A DNA stretch of 50,654 nucleotides from Candidatus Ruthenibacterium merdipullorum (GTDB lineage: Bacteria > Bacillota > Clostridia > Oscillospirales > Ruminococcaceae): positions 1-50,654 of the forward strand of contig DXIY01000096.1 in NCBI GenBank assembly GCA_019112665.1, in the 5' to 3' direction. How positions within the stretch are numbered: the first letter of the stretch is position 1; every line of letters begins with the position of its first letter. The notes under the pieces were generated by a model, which ran no database searches, was not told the origin of the DNA, and worked only from the letters and a program-made list of their open reading frames with translations. A program made the position numbers and the translations under genes. Shown piece after piece: positions 46,933 through 50,654 of the stretch.

Positions 46933-48303
46933 TCAGGCCACCAGGTTGGCACGCATTTGATCGGTAGCGGAAATGATATTGGCTCTCCACTCGTCAATGC
47001 TCAGGCTGCCCTCTACCAGAGAGTTGATCGGCTCGAAGAACACAGAGGTGTTGTCGATGCCGGGAATGGGCGAGTAGGCTGCAAAGCCGCCCATGGCAGC
47101 GCCCGCGCCATTGTCATAGATGGAATAGAACAGTTTGTTGTCGCCTTCCAGCTGGTCGGTCATGCCGAGGATGGGCTGCACAGCACCGCCCTTGGCAAAA
47201 ATCGAGGCGGCCTCATCGCTATACAGGTAAGACAGGAATGTCTTGGCCTCGTCAATGTGCTCGGCGCCGGAGGGGATCCACGCCTGCTCCAGGAAGGTGT
47301 AGCTGTAGCCGATGCTGTCCGCATCCAGGGCGGGCAGTGCGGTCATGCCCCACTGGAAGCCGTCGGCCACATCCTGGGCAATTTCCGCCTCGGCCATCTC
47401 GCCGATAATCCACGTGCCGTTGGGCATGAACAGGGCCTCATCGGTCATCACCATCAGCTGGTTGCGGGTGAAGTCCTGGTTGTTGGCCTGCGCAGGGGTG
47501 CTGGGGTGGGTGTAATCGGCCAGTTTATCCAGAATTTCGAACAGCTTGTCCGCTTCCGGGGTCTCCCAGATGCCCTCTTCATAGTGCGTGGCCTTCTCGA
47601 AGAACTCGGGGCCGCCCACCACGTTCATCAGAGCATACAGGAAAGCGTCAAAGTAGCCGGCGGTGGGGTAGGTGAACAGGTAAATGCCTTCCTCCATGGC
47701 CTTGTCGCCCAGCTCCCACATCTCGTCCCACGTGGTGGGCACTTCCCAGCCTTTTTCCTCAAACAGGCCGGCGTTGTAGAACAGGCCGCAGGGGCTGTAG
47801 AACATGGGGGCAAGGTAGGTTTTGCCATCGCCGTAGGGGTTGGTGGCAGAGGTCTCGGTAAAGCCCTCAATAATCTTGTCGCCAACCTTCACGTCTTCAC
47901 CGGGCACCGTCATATCCAGCACATCGGTGATATCGGCAATCATCTTGTCGTTGATGAACTGCTCGGTCAGGCCGGCGGGGCGGCCGGTGGCCAGATGGAT
48001 GACATCCGGATAATCGCCGCCCTGCATGGAAGCGTTCAGCACATCCTCCAGGTTCTGCTCAAGGGTGAGCTCCACGTTGATGCCCGTCTGGGCGGTGAAG
48101 GCGTCGCATACCTCCTGCCACATGCCGGGGTAGGTGTTCTCGTAGCCGGACACCAGCGCGGCCACCTTAATGGTGGCGTTTTCTGCGTTTCCGGCAGAAC
48201 CGGAAGCCGCCGTGCTGCCGGAAGAAGCGGGCGCGCCGCCGCAGCCGGCCAGCAGCGCCAGCGCCATGGCAAGCGCCAGCACAGTGCACAATACTTTTTT
48301 CAT
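46933..48303 (-). CDS. Carbohydrate ABC transporter substrate-binding lipoprotein (putative GNB/LNB)
   Basis: Lipobox LAGC, Ser/Ala linker, SBP family 1 motifs (GLFYN...PTTWDE, MPNGTW). Confidence 0.9.
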   Translation of the reverse strand: MKKVLCTVLALAMALALLAGCGGAPASSGSTAASGSAGNAENATIKVAALVSGYENTYPGMWQEVCDAFTAQTGINVELTLEQNLEDVLNASMQGGDYPDVIHLATGRPAGLTEQFINDKMIADITDVLDMTVPGEDVKVGDKIIEGFTETSATNPYGDGKTYLAPMFYSPCGLFYNAGLFEEKGWEVPTTWDEMWELGDKAMEEGIYLFTYPTAGYFDAFLYALMNVVGGPEFFEKATHYEEGIWETPEADKLFEILDKLADYTHPSTPAQANNQDFTRNQLMVMTDEALFMPNGTWIIGEMAEAEIAQDVADGFQWGMTALPALDADSIGYSYTFLEQAWIPSGAEHIDEAKTFLSYLYSDEAASIFAKGGAVQPILGMTDQLEGDNKLFYSIYDNGAGAAMGGFAAYSPIPGIDNTSVFFEPINSLVEGSLSIDEWRANIISATDQMRANLVA

Positions 48304-48579
48304 CTTGTTGACCTCCTAAAAGAATTTCACCCTGCGCCCCGGGCGGCACGGCTGCCGCGTGCGGCAGGCGCGGAGTGTGTTCCTGTATGTTCAGCATAGC
48401 CCTCACAAAAATTTCTTTCAATCAGTTTCTTGCGTTCCATTTTATATTTCTTGTTCTTTTGTGCACAGCGAACATTCAGTTTGCACCAGACAGGTGATTT
48501 TTATGAATATTATCAACAAAATTATAAAATAAATTCTAGCATATTGCTGTTTTGGAAAAATCAGGATATTCACCCCGGC

Positions 48580-48608
48580 TTGTATCCTGCGCAAAAGATG
48601 TTTATAAT
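48580..48608 (+). promoter_or_regulatory. Putative promoter of the AraC pair
   Basis: TTGTAT, 17 bp, TATAAT. Confidence 0.6.
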
Positions 48609-48683
48609 GGAAAAAAGCAGATGGGAAATTTCTCCCATCTAAAAAGCACGCAAGATTTCTAAATAACGTATGAGGTGCCCGTT

Positions 48684-49541
48684 ATGAGCAATATCCGTTA
48701 CGAGCTGCTGGACACCGGGCCCGCGCCGCATGGCGGCCCGCAGCTTTTGTATGTCACCTCTGCCCAGTATGGGCCGGATTGGCAGGGCTCTATGCACGCG
48801 CACACCTGCACCGAGCTGTTTTACTGTGTGCGGGGCATTGGCGAGTTTCGCCTGACAGACCGCGCCCAGCCCGTGGGCAGCGACGACCTTATTATTGTAA
48901 ACCCGCATGTAGAGCACACCGAAACCAGCTTTTCTTCCAACCCGCTGGAATATATTGTGCTGGGCGTGAACGGGCTGGACCTGCAGCTGGCCGGCAATGC
49001 CTCGCCCTGCACGGTGCTGAACTGCCGCCAGCAGCGCAGCGAGATGCTGTTTTACCTGCGCGAGTTTGTGCGCGAGGCCGAAAACGCCCCGCAGGGCTGG
49101 CAGGCCGTGTGCCAGCATCTGCTGGATGTGTTTTTAATCAAATTATCCCGCCAGGCGGCGCTGCGCCTGGCGCCCGCCGGCACCTACCGGGCCAATTCGG
49201 AATGTGCGGCCGCGCGGCGGTATATTGACGAGCATTTCACCGAACCCCTTTCGCTGGACACGCTGGCCGAGGTGGCGCATGTGAACAAATATCACCTTTC
49301 CCACACGTTCCGGCGGGAATACGGCATTTCGCCCATCAACTACCTGATTATGCGCCGCATTCGCGAGGGGCGGCACATGCTGGAACACACCAGCTATTCC
49401 CTTTCGCAAATTGCCCATTCCATCGGCTTTTCCTCGCCCAGCTATTTTTCGCAGAGTTTTCGCAAAGCCGAGGGCCTCAGCCCCGCAGAATACCGCAAGC
49501 GCGCACGCGCCGCACAGGCGGCCGCGCCGGTGCAGCCATAA
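48684..49541 (+). CDS. AraC-family regulator (cupin + HTH)
   Basis: HAH...E...H cupin; SLSQIAHSIGFSSPSYFSQSFRKAEGLSP HTH. Confidence 0.92.
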   Translation: MSNIRYELLDTGPAPHGGPQLLYVTSAQYGPDWQGSMHAHTCTELFYCVRGIGEFRLTDRAQPVGSDDLIIVNPHVEHTETSFSSNPLEYIVLGVNGLDLQLAGNASPCTVLNCRQQRSEMLFYLREFVREAENAPQGWQAVCQHLLDVFLIKLSRQAALRLAPAGTYRANSECAAARRYIDEHFTEPLSLDTLAEVAHVNKYHLSHTFRREYGISPINYLIMRRIREGRHMLEHTSYSLSQIAHSIGFSSPSYFSQSFRKAEGLSPAEYRKRARAAQAAAPVQP

Positions 49542-49553
49542 GGAGGAACTGCC

Positions 49554-50462
49554 ATGGATTATAAAGCCCTTCGGCTGGAGCGCCCGTTCGAGGTGGACGA
49601 GGTGGTCTCTGTGCATTATTTTGAATACGCCAGCAATTATTGCTACGAGGGCGAACAGCACGATTTCTGGGAATTTTTATATGTGGACAAGGGCGAGCTG
49701 CATGTGCGCGCGGGCAGCCGCGAGCTGACCATGAAGCGCGGCCAGATGATTTTTCACGAGCCGGGCGAATTTCACAGCCTGCGCGCAAACGGCGTGGTGG
49801 CGCCCAACCTTGTGGTGATGAGCTTTGTGTGCCGCAGCCCGGCCATGGCGCGCTTTGCCGGGCGCGTGCTGGCCATTGGCGACGCCGAGCGCGAATATCT
49901 GGCGCGCATCATCAAAGAGGCCGCAGAGGCCTTTTCCACCCCGCTGAACGACCCCTACACAAAGCAGCTTCTGCGCGCGCCGCACGCGCCCTTCGGCGCC
50001 GAGCAGCTGATTGGCGCCAGCCTGGAAAGCCTGTTGGTGTGCCTGGCGCGCCGGGGCCAGGGCGGCGCGGCGCAGGGCACGGCAAAGCCCACCAGCCTGA
50101 TACGCGCGCACAGCCAGCAGGAATTTGTGGACAGGGTGCGCGCCTACCTGGAAAAGAACATTTCGCGCAAACTGACGCTGGCCGACATCTGCCGCGACAA
50201 CCTGGTGGGCCGCAGCTATTTGCAAAAAGTGTTCCGCGAAAAGACGGGCGGCGGCGCCATGGAGTATTTCGGCAGCATGAAAATAGAAAAAGCGCAGGAG
50301 CTCATCCGCGAGGGGCGGCACAATTTCACCGAGATATCGGCGCTTTTGGGTTACACCTCCATCCACTATTTCTCGCGCCACTTCAAAAAGGTGACGGGCA
50401 TGACGCCCTCGGAATATGCCTCCAGCGTGAAGGGGCTGGCCGGGCACCGCAGCGGCCGCTGA
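49554..50462 (+). CDS. AraC-family regulator (cupin + HTH)
   Basis: GEQHDFWEFLYVDKG cupin; TEISALLGYTSIHYFSRHFKKVTGMTPSEY HTH. Confidence 0.92.
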   Translation: MDYKALRLERPFEVDEVVSVHYFEYASNYCYEGEQHDFWEFLYVDKGELHVRAGSRELTMKRGQMIFHEPGEFHSLRANGVVAPNLVVMSFVCRSPAMARFAGRVLAIGDAEREYLARIIKEAAEAFSTPLNDPYTKQLLRAPHAPFGAEQLIGASLESLLVCLARRGQGGAAQGTAKPTSLIRAHSQQEFVDRVRAYLEKNISRKLTLADICRDNLVGRSYLQKVFREKTGGGAMEYFGSMKIEKAQELIREGRHNFTEISALLGYTSIHYFSRHFKKVTGMTPSEYASSVKGLAGHRSGR

Positions 50463-50654
50463 AGGAAAGCGGCCTGTTGCACAAAAAAGCGCGCAGCGCG
50501 AACAATAATCCAAATATTGTGTAAAAAAATCTATTTATGAAACCGTTTGGCCCCCGTACAATGGTAGTGACAAGGCGGCAGGCCAAATGCCCCGGGCGGG
50601 GCTGTTTTCTGTTTTTCCCGCTGCACGGCGGTGCGGCGCACTATTTTGCAAGGC

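Noticed and set aside
1-50654. CRISPR arrays, tRNA/rRNA, transposases, integrases, prophage or anti-phage defence genes
   Set aside because: None seen; intergenic gaps are short and show no periodic repeats, and all long ORFs are otherwise explained.

Overview
A 50.6-kb GC-rich chromosomal window. The gene content suggests an anaerobic gut Clostridia member, probably Oscillospiraceae/Ruminococcaceae (inference). From left to right: (i) a minus-strand housekeeping run (rubrerythrin-PerR, coaD, rsmD, uvrC, HPr, trmD, rimM, pentapeptide-repeat protein, an unannotated 45-aa membrane peptide, ppa, PHP phosphatase, pepT); (ii) a UDP-L-FucNAc (FnlABC) / GT4 / GT2+DUF2304 / MBOAT+SGNH surface-glycan locus; (iii) an agmatine-deiminase-like catabolic cluster; (iv) a MATE transporter; (v) a glycerol locus (GlpA-like trio, glpP, glpK); (vi) fucO-like ADH, a HAD hydrolase, LysRS with a C-terminal tRNA-binding fusion, greA and an atypical EF-G paralog; (vii) a lacto-/galacto-N-biose ABC + GH112 phosphorylase locus with two AraC regulators. 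The best candidate for an undescribed system is cluster (iii). Its carbamoyltransferase has lost the acidic amine-binding residues and HCLP, no carbamate kinase is present, and two inverted NhaC-family paralogs that share perfectly identical 65- and 58-bp tracts flank it. The second candidate is a polytopic membrane alpha/beta hydrolase inside the glycerol locus, whose attenuator leader is homologous to that of the GlpA-like operon. No rRNA, tRNA, CRISPR or transposase was seen.
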